Shown piece after piece: positions 32,410-43,830 of a stretch of DNA of 64,000 nucleotides. A program made the translations under genes and the position numbers. The notes below the pieces were generated by a model. It saw only the letters and a program-made list of their open reading frames with translations. It had not been told where the DNA came from and did not search any database. Source of the DNA: Bdellovibrionales bacterium (lineage in GTDB: Bacteria > Bdellovibrionota > Bdellovibrionia > Bdellovibrionales > JAGQZY01); the NCBI GenBank assembly GCA_965219545.1, contig CBDCNX010000022.1, forward strand, positions 474 to 64,473, given 5' to 3'. The first letter of the stretch is position 1. Every line of letters begins with the position of its first letter.

Positions 32410-33414
32410 TTATGTATTGGGTATGAATGCAACCATTTCTATATCAGGATTAATTTCTTCCAATGAAAGTTGAAATCGACGATAAAACGGATCACTGTTG
32501 AGAGCGGCTTCCGTGGCTGTACTCCAGAAGTCATCTTCAACAACAGTGACTGTTTTGGCTCCATTATTGTAGAATCTTTGGGCCTCTTCAAATGAGGATC
32601 TGATAAGAGCTGAGAACTGTTTCAACCCCTGTTCGTGTTGTTCAAGTTCATCTGTCCACTGGATCAAAAGACGATAGTTGCCTGTCAGACGGGCTTTTGT
32701 CATAAAATTGGAATCAACGATGAACTTTCTAAAAGTCCCGTCCTCCCAGTAACGGGAAAAGGTTTTTTCATCAAAACCCCCTTTAAAGGCATTTTCCGCA
32801 ATTTCTTTAAAAAACTTGTCTCTGTTGAAAAGAGCTGTGCGGAGGCTGGCATGCCAAATATCAAATTCATCGGGGCTGAGACCTGAATGTTTGGTCAGTG
32901 CATAGAGAACACTGTAACGGGGGGTGTTGAGATCATCGGATTCTGGCATAAGTCTCATCCACAGATTGTCCACAAGGACTGAGAGTCTTTTCATCTGTTC
33001 TGTGTTACTGAGATCCAATTGTTTTTGAAAAAAAGCTCTGTAAAGATCCATGTGTTCATCAAAACTGGGATCACCGGGAACCCGGGTTCCAAAAAATCGG
33101 TTAACATTCACATCCAGACTGCCGTCAATGAGTTTCAGAGGATCTTCCGTGGCCTCTCTGAGGTTGTTTATTACCTGTCCAGGGATGTCTCCACGACTGA
33201 TTCCCCTTGTTTCCAGGATTTCATCCAGAGTCCGGTTAAAATGTTTGTTAGTTGGGTGAGTTAAAGATGCTAAAATTTCAGAGGGGACACCACGGGGTTT
33301 TCCCAAAACTTCTTTACCTAACCTGATAAGTCCCCCACCACCAGCCCATGTATTGAATGAGAACAGGCAGCACACAGTAAAAATTACGATGAAGTTTTTA
33401 TTGTTTAAGATCAT
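32410..33414 (-). CDS. hypothetical exported protein
   Basis: 334-aa ORF, AGGAG RBS, signal peptide ending NTWA. Confidence 0.65.
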   Translation of the reverse strand: MILNNKNFIVIFTVCCLFSFNTWAGGGGLIRLGKEVLGKPRGVPSEILASLTHPTNKHFNRTLDEILETRGISRGDIPGQVINNLREATEDPLKLIDGSLDVNVNRFFGTRVPGDPSFDEHMDLYRAFFQKQLDLSNTEQMKRLSVLVDNLWMRLMPESDDLNTPRYSVLYALTKHSGLSPDEFDIWHASLRTALFNRDKFFKEIAENAFKGGFDEKTFSRYWEDGTFRKFIVDSNFMTKARLTGNYRLLIQWTDELEQHEQGLKQFSALIRSSFEEAQRFYNNGAKTVTVVEDDFWSTATEAALNSDPFYRRFQLSLEEINPDIEMVAFIPNT

Positions 33415-33593
33415 TCTTTACTCCTTTTGTTACTTTGTGTGTGAGGGTTGTGAATTTCCAAACAGAATATGAAATATCAATGAAAATATAAAAAAACAAG
33501 GGGCCTTGTAAAAATTACAAATTGTTTACAGTTCTGTTGTGAAAACGTAACTCCAGGGAAATTCCATGAAAACTCAAACCGGATCAGTATAAT

Positions 33594-33866
33594 TCAGATG
33601 GTGCCACCGGGCGAGAGAAAAAGTTCCTCTGATGGAACAATGTCATCCAATAGAAGTTGAACTCTATGACCAAGCATATCGCTTTCAAGGGAAGCTTCCT
33701 TAACCGTATTCCAAAAAGGATCATGATCAGCGACCCTTTGAACATTATAAACACTGTCAATAAAATCATAAAAAAACAAGGAGCCTTGTGTATTCCTTAA
33801 AAGAGATATAAGATATTTTTTAAAACTCCATGGGTTGTCCTGTTTTTTCACGAAGTATTTTTCCAT
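33594..33866 (-). CDS. hypothetical protein
   Basis: short ORF directly downstream of pyrC; start uncertain. Confidence 0.35.
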   Translation of the reverse strand: MEKYFVKKQDNPWSFKKYLISLLRNTQGSLFFYDFIDSVYNVQRVADHDPFWNTVKEASLESDMLGHRVQLLLDDIVPSEELFLSPGGTI

Positions 33867-35183
33867 CTTTCATGACCACATTTCCACGGATAATGGTGCC
33901 GACGGGCCAACCCCTGACTTCCACTCCGTGATAAAGTGTCCATCCGCAGGGACTGACGATCCATTGGTTGTCAATTCCGTTGTTTTTTATTGATGTCAAT
34001 AATACTGAAATCAGCATCCTGTCCCACAAAAATTCCACCCTTTCTTTTTGCTCCAAAAATTCTGGCGGGGTTGACAGACATCAGACAGACCAGGCGGGAA
34101 AGGCTGATAAGCCCCTTATTAACGAAATCAAGCATGACGGGGACAATGGTCTGAACCCCTGTCAGTCCTGAAGGACTGTTTGGATAATCTTTTGATTTTT
34201 CCTCTTTAGTGTGCGGGGCATGATCTGAGGCCACAACATCCACCACCCCTTCCTGTAAGGCTTTTTTAAGGGCTTTTTGATGCTCTAAGTCACGAATGGG
34301 GGGGTTCATCTGGGCATAGGTTCCAAATTTCTCGTAACAATCAGGGGCTGAGAAGAAGAGATGTTGGGGTAAAATTTCAACGGACACCAGGTCTTTATTT
34401 TGTTTTAAAAATTCAATTTCCTCTTTTGTGGTGATATGGAGGGTGTGAATTTTACGTCCTGTTTTTCTGGCAAGATTCACAATCCTTTGGGTGGCCTTTA
34501 GAGCTGAATCCACGTTTCTCCACAGGGGATGGGCCCTGGGGTGGGCTTCCCGAATGGCTATTTCCCTGCGTTCCCTGAGAGTGTTTTCGTCTTCACAGTG
34601 GACAGAGATCATCTTTTTTCCACTGTTTAGGATTTCTTCCAAAAACTTGTCTTCGGACACCAGAAGATTTCCCGTGGAGCTTCCCATGAAGATTTTAATG
34701 CCACAACAGCCTTCAAGAGTTTCCATCATTTCAAGGTCTTTTTTATTACTGTCTGTGGCTCCGGCAAAGAGTCCAAAATCACAGTGGGCTTTTTGTTTTA
34801 CAGAGTTTAATTTTTCCAGAAACCGGTCCGGGGTTTGAGGTGCTGGGATTGGTGTTTGGCATGTCAAAGACAGCGGTGATTCCACCGAGGATGGCTCCTC
34901 TTGTGCCCGAATTGAAGTCCTCTTTTAAGGGATGACCCGGATCCCGAAAATGAACCTGGCTGTCAATCAGACCGGGGAGAACCTGTAACCCTGAGGCATC
35001 AAATTTTTTTTCAGAATCGCAATCAAGGGAGTTTTCAAGGGCTTTAATAATTCCATCTTTCACTCCGATATCACAGACCTTTCCCGTGATTTTTTCAGGG
35101 TTTTCGGGATCTGACAGAAAGCAGTGTCCCGATCTTATAACAAGATCAAATTCATTTGTTTTCATAAAAGACATATTTCCCAT
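33820..35183 (-). CDS. pyrC: dihydroorotase (three ORF pieces, two frameshifts)
   Basis: PGLIDSQVHFRDPG, DMPNT, IKIFMGSS, VHCED, MNPPIR, SDHAPHT, SPCGWTLY...TIIRG. Confidence 0.9.
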
Positions 35184-35326
35184 GACATTTGTTGTTGGGC
35201 AAGTTTTATTTTAGGACTATAGACCAGTTTATTTTATAAAAGACTATGGTTATTCTACATTTGGTTAGGAAAGACCGTGCGGAAAAATAATGGATTCCTC
35301 TGTTTCAGGAAAGGGAGTTTAAAACA

Positions 35327-36073
35327 ATGAAATTTTTAGTGTTTCAATTACTTGTCACACTGGCCTATCCGATTCCCAGGAATCAGGATTTTGGGGAAAA
35401 AATATCACGACCTGAAAACCTTAAACGTCTTAAAGAGGAAATAGTTTATTCCTTAAGGCTTCCCCATCGTCTGGCCAGGGAAAATCTTTCCCAGTGGGGG
35501 ACCGGGGTTTATGGTCCGTTGAGGACTCTGGCCTTTGATGAAAAAATTCCCATGAGGACCCGTTGGAAATCCTTTATGCTCTACACACAATTGGCAGGGG
35601 CCAAGAGTCTTCCGATTATCAATCAGGCTTCGGATCACAAGGACTGGTTTATGAGGAGTGCCGCCTTAACAGCCCTTGAGAGAGTCAATATATCCATGGC
35701 CAGGCGGCGGGCTTTTGATAAGTTAAATAAGGATCCGGCTTTGATGGTCAGAGCCAAAGCCCTTGATATTCTTCAAAGCCAGTTCGGTGAGGACGTTGTT
35801 GAATTGTTCTGGAAAAAACTTCACAGTGCCGATAGTTTTCACAATAATAAAAGTTTGTGGATTCGGAAAAATCTGGCTGTAAGTCTTGTGAAAAATCCGA
35901 GAAAAAGGGACACTCAACGTTGGATTCGGCTATTGCACGGGCCGGATGGAGAGCTTCAACAGGTCGCAGCCCTGGCCCTGTCCAAAATCAATAATCATTC
36001 TTCTTCCAATAAAGATGCAAATAAAGATGTCAGTTTTTGGAAAAGCCGGTATCCGAACGGCAAAAGTCTTTAA
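35327..36073 (+). CDS. HEAT-repeat protein
   Basis: DWFMRSAALTAL, DPALMVRAKALDIL, LQQVAALALSKI. Confidence 0.65.
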   Translation: MKFLVFQLLVTLAYPIPRNQDFGEKISRPENLKRLKEEIVYSLRLPHRLARENLSQWGTGVYGPLRTLAFDEKIPMRTRWKSFMLYTQLAGAKSLPIINQASDHKDWFMRSAALTALERVNISMARRRAFDKLNKDPALMVRAKALDILQSQFGEDVVELFWKKLHSADSFHNNKSLWIRKNLAVSLVKNPRKRDTQRWIRLLHGPDGELQQVAALALSKINNHSSSNKDANKDVSFWKSRYPNGKSL

Positions 36074-36246
36074 CTTTTTTGTATATACTGGTTCTGTCTG
36101 AACCCTTAGATTTCTCAAAATTGTAGTCAAGTGATTTCACCATCTTTGTCTTTCGTGATGACTTGGAGGGATACTTTTTGTGAAAGTATCCGGAGATCTC
36201 GGTCTGTCACCATTTAAACCTTTTGATTTTGGAGTGATTTCAATTT

Positions 36247-37204
36247 TTATTGAGCAGTTGTTGGCGTATGTGATTGTTGTACTTGTACACATTGGCCATC
36301 AACATATGTATGACCTTCACAACAGAAAGTTTTTCCACCCCATCGTCGCTCGCAATCTCCAGCTATATGTGAGGCTTCCACTCCCAATCTTGTTAGGAGC
36401 CTTTCAACAGCTTTTTGGGCCTCGGTGTTTTCAAGTCTTTTCCTCTGAAAATTATGATACATCTTTTTAGGGGTTTTTGATATTGATAGGCTTTCTAAAA
36501 AGCTATAGCAACGATTAACTTCATCAAGAATTTTATGCTCAGCTGTAAGAAGACCAATAGCTTCTTGTTGGTTTATTTTTATTAGCCTTTCATTAGCACT
36601 GGCTTTTGCATTTTCATAAGATTGGATAGCAACCCGACTTCTTTCATGAGCTTGTCTTTTAAGTTGTAAAAGTGTACTTTTTTAACAGAAATTGCTCTCT
36701 TTTCAAGATATTGTCATTTCGTTTTCCAAGGGCTTCACTGAATAACTGATTTTTTATTTCCATGAATTTTTCCTGGTAGAAACCATTTTTAAGATATTCT
36801 GCTATTTTGGAGCACTGAATTACTCCTTTGGGAAATTCTCTAGATTGAAATTTTATATCTCCTATTTTCCATGTGCCACTGTTTCCACTTTTTTGACACT
36901 TCTTGGTTGTCTCTTGTATGTATTTTTGGCTGTCAGGAGAAGCAATATATTCTTCGGCCAGGTGTGTTGCTTTATTATGTGCTTTGGTATTTATTTCAGA
37001 AACATTAATAATTTCAGGATGGTACGAGGTGTAACTGTTATTGCATTTTATCTGAATCTTATCAATATTTTGCTCTGCATGGTCTTCAAGATCACTTGCA
37101 TTAGCGAAAACATTCACCGCATATATCGTGATATATATATTATATATATATCTGCTTTGTTTCATTGACCTTCCCCCTTTAAATTTTTCCTTCTTCAAAT
37201 ACAC
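36247..37204 (-). CDS. hypothetical exported protein with Cys-rich C-terminus, frameshift near 36680
   Basis: frame shifts to RQAHERSRVAIQSYENAK..., which runs uninterrupted into ORF 36247-36462 (GDC...FCCEGH...GQC). Confidence 0.45.
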
Positions 37205-37286
37205 AGTCCAGAGACTATTTAGAGCCCAGTAAAAACCTTAGTGTTACAGTTATATTATCTATCGGTAATTTCTTGAGATATCTTTA

Positions 37287-37432
37287 GTCGATCCTGAAAA
37301 AGTCTCATCTGAATCAGGATTTGCAAGTTTTTAAGAAATTTAAGACTTATTTCTTGCAAAAAGCAAAAAATTGTAACCTTTTCCCTTAAAACCCAGAACT
37401 AAAAGGGCTATTCAGACTTTTTCAGGATCGAC
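37287..37432. mobile_element. 146-bp MITE with perfect 19-bp terminal inverted repeats (family B)
   Basis: gtcgatcctgaaaaagtct ... agactttttcaggatcgac; degenerate ends near 1972, 2011, 10276-10321 and 11599. Confidence 0.8.
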
Positions 37433-37440
37433 GGTTCTTT

Positions 37441-37908
37441 TTACTCTTTTTTTTTCAGTATTTTTTCAATAAGAAGTTCTCTCTGGATACGGTAGAGAAG
37501 GGCCTTTTCTTCAAAACCGTCGGAGTTGAGTTCTTTGGGATTGGAAAAGAAATCTTTTTGCAAGCGAACTTTCTTTGAGACAGTGACCTTGGTTTTTTTC
37601 TTGCCTTTGATGAGATGGATATTCAGTTGGTACTGATAGCCGGAGGGCAGGGTTTTTTTCTTTTTATGGGGGGGCTTGTAACGCTGTTGACCGGTGATAT
37701 AAAGGGTTTGCAGATGTCCTGTTTCCATATTATTGATGTTCATTGGATAATTCAGAAGGGTTTGTTGGATGGCCCGCCAGACATCGGCATAGGGGGCTTT
37801 GAAAGTTTTTGTGTAGTCCACATTTGTGTCCCTTCTGGGGTTGGAGACACAGGCTGCCAATAGGGTGATTAAGGCTGCATGGTGGAGATAAGAAATAAAC
37901 TTTCCCAT
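37441..37908 (-). CDS. lipoprotein (BamC-like fold possible)
   Basis: lipobox LLAAC; TFKAPYADVWRAIQQTL. Confidence 0.6.
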   Translation of the reverse strand: MGKFISYLHHAALITLLAACVSNPRRDTNVDYTKTFKAPYADVWRAIQQTLLNYPMNINNMETGHLQTLYITGQQRYKPPHKKKKTLPSGYQYQLNIHLIKGKKKTKVTVSKKVRLQKDFFSNPKELNSDGFEEKALLYRIQRELLIEKILKKKE

Positions 37909-37934
37909 GATTTTCTATTTTATACTCATTTTAT

Positions 37935-38474
37935 TTGAAAATTCAACCGGGTCGCTATATTCTATTTATGATTATGAAGCGGTTCTTTGTATTCTTTTTA
38001 TTTTTGACATCCCTTGTCCTTTTTCCCACTTCAGGTGAGGCCAAAAAAAAGAAAAAAAACCCCACTTCAAGTGAAGCCAGAAAGAGAAAAACTTCCAAAA
38101 AGTCCAAAAATCGCCGGGTGGATATTACCAAGGTCCTCAATTCAAAGGCTGTTTTAAAAATACATAAGAGGCAGGGCCGCCGCATGACTGCAATAAAGGG
38201 CTATAAAAAAAGGGGAATTGTTGGAGAAAAGGAAAACGGCCTGCTTGCCATTCGGAGTACGGACAAGTTGTCAAAAAGGGGAAAGAGCAAACTCAGAAAG
38301 ATTGTGGATAGTGAAAACAGGGATCGCAATAAACTTTATCAGATCATCTCCAGAGCCAGTAGACATTCAAAAGAAGAGGCGGCTTCTTTGAGGTTAAATA
38401 TGTTTCGTTCTCATTTGGACGTAGACATCAGAGGGACTTATTATTTTGAAAATGGAAGATGGCAGCAGAAATAA
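37935..38474 (+). CDS. YdbL/DUF1318-like exported protein
   Basis: signal peptide; GIVGEKENGLL, ENRDRNKLY, GRWQQK. Confidence 0.7.
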   Translation: MKIQPGRYILFMIMKRFFVFFLFLTSLVLFPTSGEAKKKKKNPTSSEARKRKTSKKSKNRRVDITKVLNSKAVLKIHKRQGRRMTAIKGYKKRGIVGEKENGLLAIRSTDKLSKRGKSKLRKIVDSENRDRNKLYQIISRASRHSKEEAASLRLNMFRSHLDVDIRGTYYFENGRWQQK

Positions 38475-38526
38475 TCTCCTGATGGAGAAATAATCTCCTG
38501 ATGGAACGGATTACTGTATTATTGTA

Positions 38527-39471
38527 TTACTGGATTTGTTTGAGTATGAGTGTCACGAGGATGCTGATGACAAGCCCAAAACCTGCCTTACCAAAGTCTA
38601 TTGCCGTGTTTTTAAAAGTGTTTTTAAAAGAGTTCAGTTGTAAACGTTGACTCATAGCGTGTTCTCTTCCCGCAAGGACTCCCAGAAAGATCCAGGTTGT
38701 GCTCATTGGAAGATTACTGATTTCCTTAAAAGCAAACAGAACCACGGCGTAAAGTCCGTCAATGATTGTGGCTGAACGGATATCCACGGTGTTTGTCTTG
38801 CTTTTTACAATATTTTGAATTTTTCCGCCTTTGGAGCGAAAAATCAAAGCCATCATAAGTAACATCATCCCCAGGGTGACGAGCAGAGAGGAAAGGGGGA
38901 CCTGACGTGGAATATAGACATAGATATTGGCCATATCCTGTATCAACCACTGGCTCCAGAGGAAACCGGTGGTCACCCACTGGGCAATGACCCATTTTTC
39001 CCCTTTTATCCCGGTTTTCATGAACTTTTTTTCAACTTTTTTTGAAATTAAAATCCATAGAACCAGGGCACAGACAAAGGCGACAACATAACCAATAAGG
39101 GATTTGAGAATGATTTTTCCCAGTAAAACATCCGAGGTGAAGACACTTAACACCAAAAACGTGGTACTCACCGGAATTCCAAAGCGGGTGAGAATGAGTA
39201 AAACCAGTGGAGGGGTGACATGATACCATTGGATGTTCTCGGCAACGGGAATGGCATGAAGTCTTCCATAGGAGACATCCCCTCCATTGACAATCCAACT
39301 GTAAATAAGAACCAGACTGAGAATGGAACTGGCAAAAAGCCAGAGAACCCACCAGGGTTGTTTGCTGTTGGAGCTTAGAAAAGTTCCCAGGGTTTGGATG
39401 GCATCGTTGCCAATAATGGAATAGCTGGCCAGGGTGAAACCCAGTCCGATAAATAAAAGCTCCATATCCAT
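38527..39471 (-). CDS. PiT-related membrane transporter
   Basis: GNDAIQTLGTF, GIPVSTT, QDMAN, LPMSTTW repeated motifs; about 9 TM. Confidence 0.6.
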   Translation of the reverse strand: MDMELLFIGLGFTLASYSIIGNDAIQTLGTFLSSNSKQPWWVLWLFASSILSLVLIYSWIVNGGDVSYGRLHAIPVAENIQWYHVTPPLVLLILTRFGIPVSTTFLVLSVFTSDVLLGKIILKSLIGYVVAFVCALVLWILISKKVEKKFMKTGIKGEKWVIAQWVTTGFLWSQWLIQDMANIYVYIPRQVPLSSLLVTLGMMLLMMALIFRSKGGKIQNIVKSKTNTVDIRSATIIDGLYAVVLFAFKEISNLPMSTTWIFLGVLAGREHAMSQRLQLNSFKNTFKNTAIDFGKAGFGLVISILVTLILKQIQ

Positions 39472-39572
39472 ATATTTGGAGGAATATCTTATTTTATATC
39501 AAAAGGATGTTTGAATTTGGTTAGAATTTTATGGATTCTAAAAGTTTTTTAAGATTCTGTTAATTTGAAATT

Positions 39573-39848
39573 TTAGTTGGATGATTTTTGTCCCGACTTT
39601 TTGGAACCGTTGCCGCCCTGACCGTTGCGGTTGGCCAACTCTTCGGCTCCGGGGTTCATGGTGATCTGATCCTCTATGCCGTAAATGGCTCCGAGGACCA
39701 TTTCCGCTTCATTAATTCTGGCGGCGGTGGGTTCTGTTTCAAGACCAATCTTTTCGTTTTGTTTGTCATAGTCCTCATTGGGTTTAAGTTTTGCCTGGGC
39801 TGTGCTGAAGATCAGAGAAAATAAAAAGACGAAAAGTAAAAATTTCAT
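39573..39848 (-). CDS. small exported hypothetical protein
   Basis: signal peptide ending TAQA. Confidence 0.6.
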   Translation of the reverse strand: MKFLLFVFLFSLIFSTAQAKLKPNEDYDKQNEKIGLETEPTAARINEAEMVLGAIYGIEDQITMNPGAEELANRNGQGGNGSKKSGQKSSN

Positions 39849-40031
39849 GGCTATTATCCTTATCGGTTCAGTAAAGAATTTAATAAAAAATACATTTACC
39901 TTTCAATAATAATATCAAATATTGATGATTTAATCAATTTTTAAATTAAAATTTTTATTTGAAATGGAAAATTTTTCAAAATATTGTTTTAAAATGAGAC
40001 AAAACAACCCCTTTTTAGTATTTGACCTGTT

Positions 40032-40766
40032 ATGAGCATTCAGGAAAAGCGGGAACGGGTTTTTGTTATTTTATCGGCTGTTTTTTTTGCCTCGATGACT
40101 TTGTTGAATGTCATCGGGTTGACCCGGTTTGTGCAACTGGGTCCCCTGGCCCTGGCTGTGGGTATCTTGCCCTATCCCCTGACTTTTCTGGTTACGGATA
40201 TCATTAGTGAAATTTATGGTCGATCAAGGGCCAATTTTGTGGTCTGGGTGGGTTTGGGTCTCAATTTCTTTGTTATTTCCGTTTTATTCCTTGGTCAGTG
40301 GCTTGATCCGGTTTCACCACAGTCCCAGCCCCCCTGGCAGGTCCTCTATCTTGCCAAACCTGTGTCTTTACCCAATGGGGTGACCGTTCAGGAGTCTGTG
40401 GATCTTTTTTATATTCTATACTCCTGTACGGCGGGTTCCGTTGTGGCTTCCATGTTCGCCTATGTGGCAGCCCAATTTTTTGACATCAGGATATTTCATT
40501 TTTTAAAGAAAAAAACGAAGGGAAAAGCCCTCTGGTTGCGTAACAATGGAAGCACTCTCATTTCCCAGGGGATTGACTCTTTTACTGTAATATTCATTAC
40601 TTTCAGTGGAAAATTACTTGATGGTGAAATGGGAATGGGTCCGTTTTTTGTTCTTTTCGGAAGCAATTACCTTTTTAAGATGACAGTGGCTTTACTGGAC
40701 ACTCTGCCTTTTTATTTTCTTGTTTATCGTCTGAGAAGATATTTGATGATTGCTGATATGGAATGA
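40032..40766 (+). CDS. yhhQ: queuosine precursor transporter (YhhQ/VUT family)
   Basis: YPLTFLVTDIISEIYG, AQFFDI, WLRNNGSTLISQGIDS. Confidence 0.88.
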   Translation: MSIQEKRERVFVILSAVFFASMTLLNVIGLTRFVQLGPLALAVGILPYPLTFLVTDIISEIYGRSRANFVVWVGLGLNFFVISVLFLGQWLDPVSPQSQPPWQVLYLAKPVSLPNGVTVQESVDLFYILYSCTAGSVVASMFAYVAAQFFDIRIFHFLKKKTKGKALWLRNNGSTLISQGIDSFTVIFITFSGKLLDGEMGMGPFFVLFGSNYLFKMTVALLDTLPFYFLVYRLRRYLMIADME

Positions 40767-40837
40767 AAAAAATACAAAACAAAAAAGTTTTTTGACCTTT
40801 TGGTATCAATGAATTAAGGGGGGTATGGAAAAGGAGT

Positions 40838-41245
40838 TTGGGTTTGTCTGCCATTGAAAACAACACATACAGGGAACTGACAAGGGATATTGAGGTTGAA
40901 GTTATACCTGTCTATGTCCCTGGTCAAAAACAATTTCCAAACCAATATCTCTACACTTATAATGTGGCCATCACCAATCACTCTTCCGGTTCCTGCCAGC
41001 TTATCAGCCGCCATTGGATTATTATTGATGGTTTTGGTTGCAGGGAGGATGTCAAAGGTCAGGGGGTTGTGGGGGATCAGCCTGTTATTCGTCCCGATCA
41101 GACCTATCAGTATTCAAGCTATTGTCCACTGCCCACTCCAACGGGGAATATGAGAGGTTTTTTTGATTTCACAGACAGTGAGGGTCGGGGTTTTCGGGTA
41201 AAAGTTCCCTTGTTCTTTTTAAGACAAGATGCCATTATTCAGTAA
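40838..41245 (+). CDS. apaG: ApaG protein
   Basis: QLISRHWII, GQGVVGDQP, YSSYCPLPTPTGNMRG. Confidence 0.92.
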   Translation: MGLSAIENNTYRELTRDIEVEVIPVYVPGQKQFPNQYLYTYNVAITNHSSGSCQLISRHWIIIDGFGCREDVKGQGVVGDQPVIRPDQTYQYSSYCPLPTPTGNMRGFFDFTDSEGRGFRVKVPLFFLRQDAIIQ

Positions 41246-41302
41246 CAGGCTAATCGTATTAAATTTTCACAGAGTTTTTCAGGGAATCGTTGGTGTAAAC
41301 TT

Positions 41303-43534
41303 ATGTCTACAAAAATTATTTATACCAAAACGGACGAGGCTCCGGCTTTGGCCACAGTGTCTCTTTTTCCAATCATCCGTTTTTTTGTCAAAAAGGCTGA
41401 TATTGAAATTGAAGTAAAGGACATCTCCCTTGCCGGAAGGGTTTTGGCCCGTTTCCCTGAAAAACTTACCGATGAACAGAAAGTCAGTGATGCATTGTCT
41501 GAGTTGGGTGTTCTGGTTAAAAGTTCTGATGCCAATATTATTAAACTTCCAAATATCAGTGCTTCCGTTCCACAGCTTAAGGAAGCCATCAGGGAACTCC
41601 AAAGCCAGGGCCATGACGTTCCCGATTATCCCGAAGACCCCCGGAACGAGGATCAGAGGAAAGTTAAAGGCCGATATTCAAAAGTTCTTGGAAGTGCTGT
41701 GAATCCCGTTTTAAGGGAGGGAAACTCTGACAGACGGGTGGCCGGGGCGGTTAAAAATTATGCAAAAAACAATCCCCATAAAATGGGGGTCTGGGATGGA
41801 AATTCCAAATCCCATGTTTCATCCATGAATCAGGGGGATTTTTACGGCAGTGAGAAATCTTTAGTCATGGGGGATTCGGAAAACCTTTCCATCCGTTTGA
41901 GAAAAGAAAGTGGTCAAATCCAGGTTCTTAAGGAATCTCTACAGGTTCAAGCTGGAGAAGTCATTGACGGGGCTGTGATGAGCCGAAAAACTCTTTTTGA
42001 ATTTCTCAGGGAACAGATCGAGGATGCCGGACAGAAAGAGGTTTTGTTTTCTGTCCATTTAAAGGCCACCATGATGAAAGTTTCTGATCCCGTTATTTTT
42101 GGTGAAGTCCTGAAATCTTATTTTGAATCTGTTTTTATAAAACACAGAGAAAACTTTGCCCGTGTGGGTGTTGATCCCCGTTATGGCCTGGGGGATCTTT
42201 TTGGAAAAATAAAAAAACTACCCCCTGACATTCAGGATGAAATCAAAAAAGACATGGAAAGTTGTATAAAAAAAGGCCCCGGTCTTGCCATGGTGGATTC
42301 CGACAAGGGTATTACCTGTCTCCATGTCCCCAGTGACGTGATTATTGACGCTTCCATGCCTGCGGCCATTCGCCAGTCCGGTCAAATGTGGAATGTTGAT
42401 GGAAATCTCCAGGATATGAAAGCGGTCATTCCCGATCGCTGCTACGGGGGAGTTTATCAGAAGACCATTGAATTCTGTAAGACCCACGGGGCTTTTGATC
42501 CACAAACCATGGGCAGTGTTTCCAATGTGGGTTTGATGGCTAAAAAAGCCGAGGAATACGGCTCCCATGACAAGACCTTTTGGATACAGGATTCAGGCGT
42601 TGTGGAAGTGATAGATTCTTCAGGAAAAATTCTTATGGAGCATCCTGTGGAAAAAGGGGATCTTTGGAGAATGTGCCAGACCCGGGATGAGGCCGTTTGC
42701 GATTGGGTCAAACTGGCTGTTCATCGCTCAAAAACAACAGGGCACCCGGCCTTGTTCTGGCTTGATTCAAAACGTCCCCATGATGCCAATCTCATCAAAA
42801 AGGTGGAAGCCTATTTGAAGGATCACAACACCCAGGGTCTTCATTTTGAAATTTTAAGTCCTGAAAAAGCCACGGAAAAGACTTTAAACTGGGTGAAGGA
42901 GGGAAGGGATGTGATTTCCGTGACAGGCAATGTGTTGCGTGATTATCTCACAGATCTGTTTCCCATTCTTGAGCTTGGAACCAGTGCAAAAATGCTCTCC
43001 ATTGTTCCCCTTCTCGGTGGTGGCGGTCTGTTTGAAACAGGGGCCGGGGGGTCGGCTCCAAAGCATGTGGATCAGTTTGTTAAGGAAAATCATCTTCGCT
43101 GGGACTCTCTTGGTGAGTTTTTGGCTTTATCCGCCTCCCTGGAACATATTGCTGAAAAAGAGGGGAATCCAAAGGCGGGGGTTTTGGCAAAAACCCTGAA
43201 CCAGGCCAATCAGGAGTTTTTGAAAAACAACAAATCACCTTCAAGAAAAGTGATGGAACTTGGCAGCAGGGGCTCTCACTTTTACCTGGCCCTTTATTGG
43301 GCCATGGCTTTGAGCAAGCAAAATGAAGATATGGAATTAAAAAGGAATTTTAAGGAATTAGCTGAAAATCTTAAAGTTAATGAAAAAGAAATCGTCGATG
43401 AATTAAACTCATCCCAGGGACACCCCGTGGACATGGGTGGTTACTACCGACCGGATCTTCAAAAACTCGAACCCGTCATGCGTCCTTCCCAAAAGTTTAA
43501 TGGGTTTCTTGGGAACCCAATGAACTCTATGTGA
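41303..43534 (+). CDS. icd: monomeric NADP-dependent isocitrate dehydrogenase
   Basis: [54 protein letters not shown]. Confidence 0.97.
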   Translation: MSTKIIYTKTDEAPALATVSLFPIIRFFVKKADIEIEVKDISLAGRVLARFPEKLTDEQKVSDALSELGVLVKSSDANIIKLPNISASVPQLKEAIRELQSQGHDVPDYPEDPRNEDQRKVKGRYSKVLGSAVNPVLREGNSDRRVAGAVKNYAKNNPHKMGVWDGNSKSHVSSMNQGDFYGSEKSLVMGDSENLSIRLRKESGQIQVLKESLQVQAGEVIDGAVMSRKTLFEFLREQIEDAGQKEVLFSVHLKATMMKVSDPVIFGEVLKSYFESVFIKHRENFARVGVDPRYGLGDLFGKIKKLPPDIQDEIKKDMESCIKKGPGLAMVDSDKGITCLHVPSDVIIDASMPAAIRQSGQMWNVDGNLQDMKAVIPDRCYGGVYQKTIEFCKTHGAFDPQTMGSVSNVGLMAKKAEEYGSHDKTFWIQDSGVVEVIDSSGKILMEHPVEKGDLWRMCQTRDEAVCDWVKLAVHRSKTTGHPALFWLDSKRPHDANLIKKVEAYLKDHNTQGLHFEILSPEKATEKTLNWVKEGRDVISVTGNVLRDYLTDLFPILELGTSAKMLSIVPLLGGGGLFETGAGGSAPKHVDQFVKENHLRWDSLGEFLALSASLEHIAEKEGNPKAGVLAKTLNQANQEFLKNNKSPSRKVMELGSRGSHFYLALYWAMALSKQNEDMELKRNFKELAENLKVNEKEIVDELNSSQGHPVDMGGYYRPDLQKLEPVMRPSQKFNGFLGNPMNSM

Positions 43535-43569
43535 CCGTCAGGTAGAGTAACCCCGGGCTTGCCCGTGGG
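43527..43569 (+). repeat. hairpin repeat (copy of 13759-13800) overlapping the icd stop
   Basis: ccccgggcttgcccgtggg hairpin preceded by the shared ctatgtg.ccgtcagg.agagta. Confidence 0.6.
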
Positions 43570-43753
43570 AATCTCTACATGGTTGATGCAAGTGTCTGCC
43601 GGGGTTTCACAAAGTTGATGCAGTGTTTGTCAGGATTTCCAAAACCCATGTTAATAAATGCCATGCATGATTGGGTGCTTTGACGGACGATATTTCCTCC
43701 TGGCTTTTCACTTGAAAACCAATAGGGATCCATATATATTTTATAGAGAGAGT

Positions 43754-43830
43754 GGGGTTGTAGTAGAGTTGGTTACAACGCTGGCCTGTCACGCCGGAGG
43801 TCGCGGGTTCGAGTCCCGTCAACCCCGCCA
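43754..43830 (+). tRNA. tRNA-Asp (GTC)
   Basis: acceptor stem GGGGTTG/CAACCCC, anticodon loop CTGTCAC, T-arm GGTTCGAGTCC, encoded CCA. Confidence 0.97.

Noticed and set aside
38468-38505. 19-bp tandem duplication gaaataatctcctgatgga
   Set aside because: Only two units at a gene end; likely slippage or an insertion scar with no further structure.
39850-40031. preQ1 riboswitch upstream of yhhQ
   Set aside because: A ggttcag...aataaaaaa stretch is present, but I find no P1 stem pairing.
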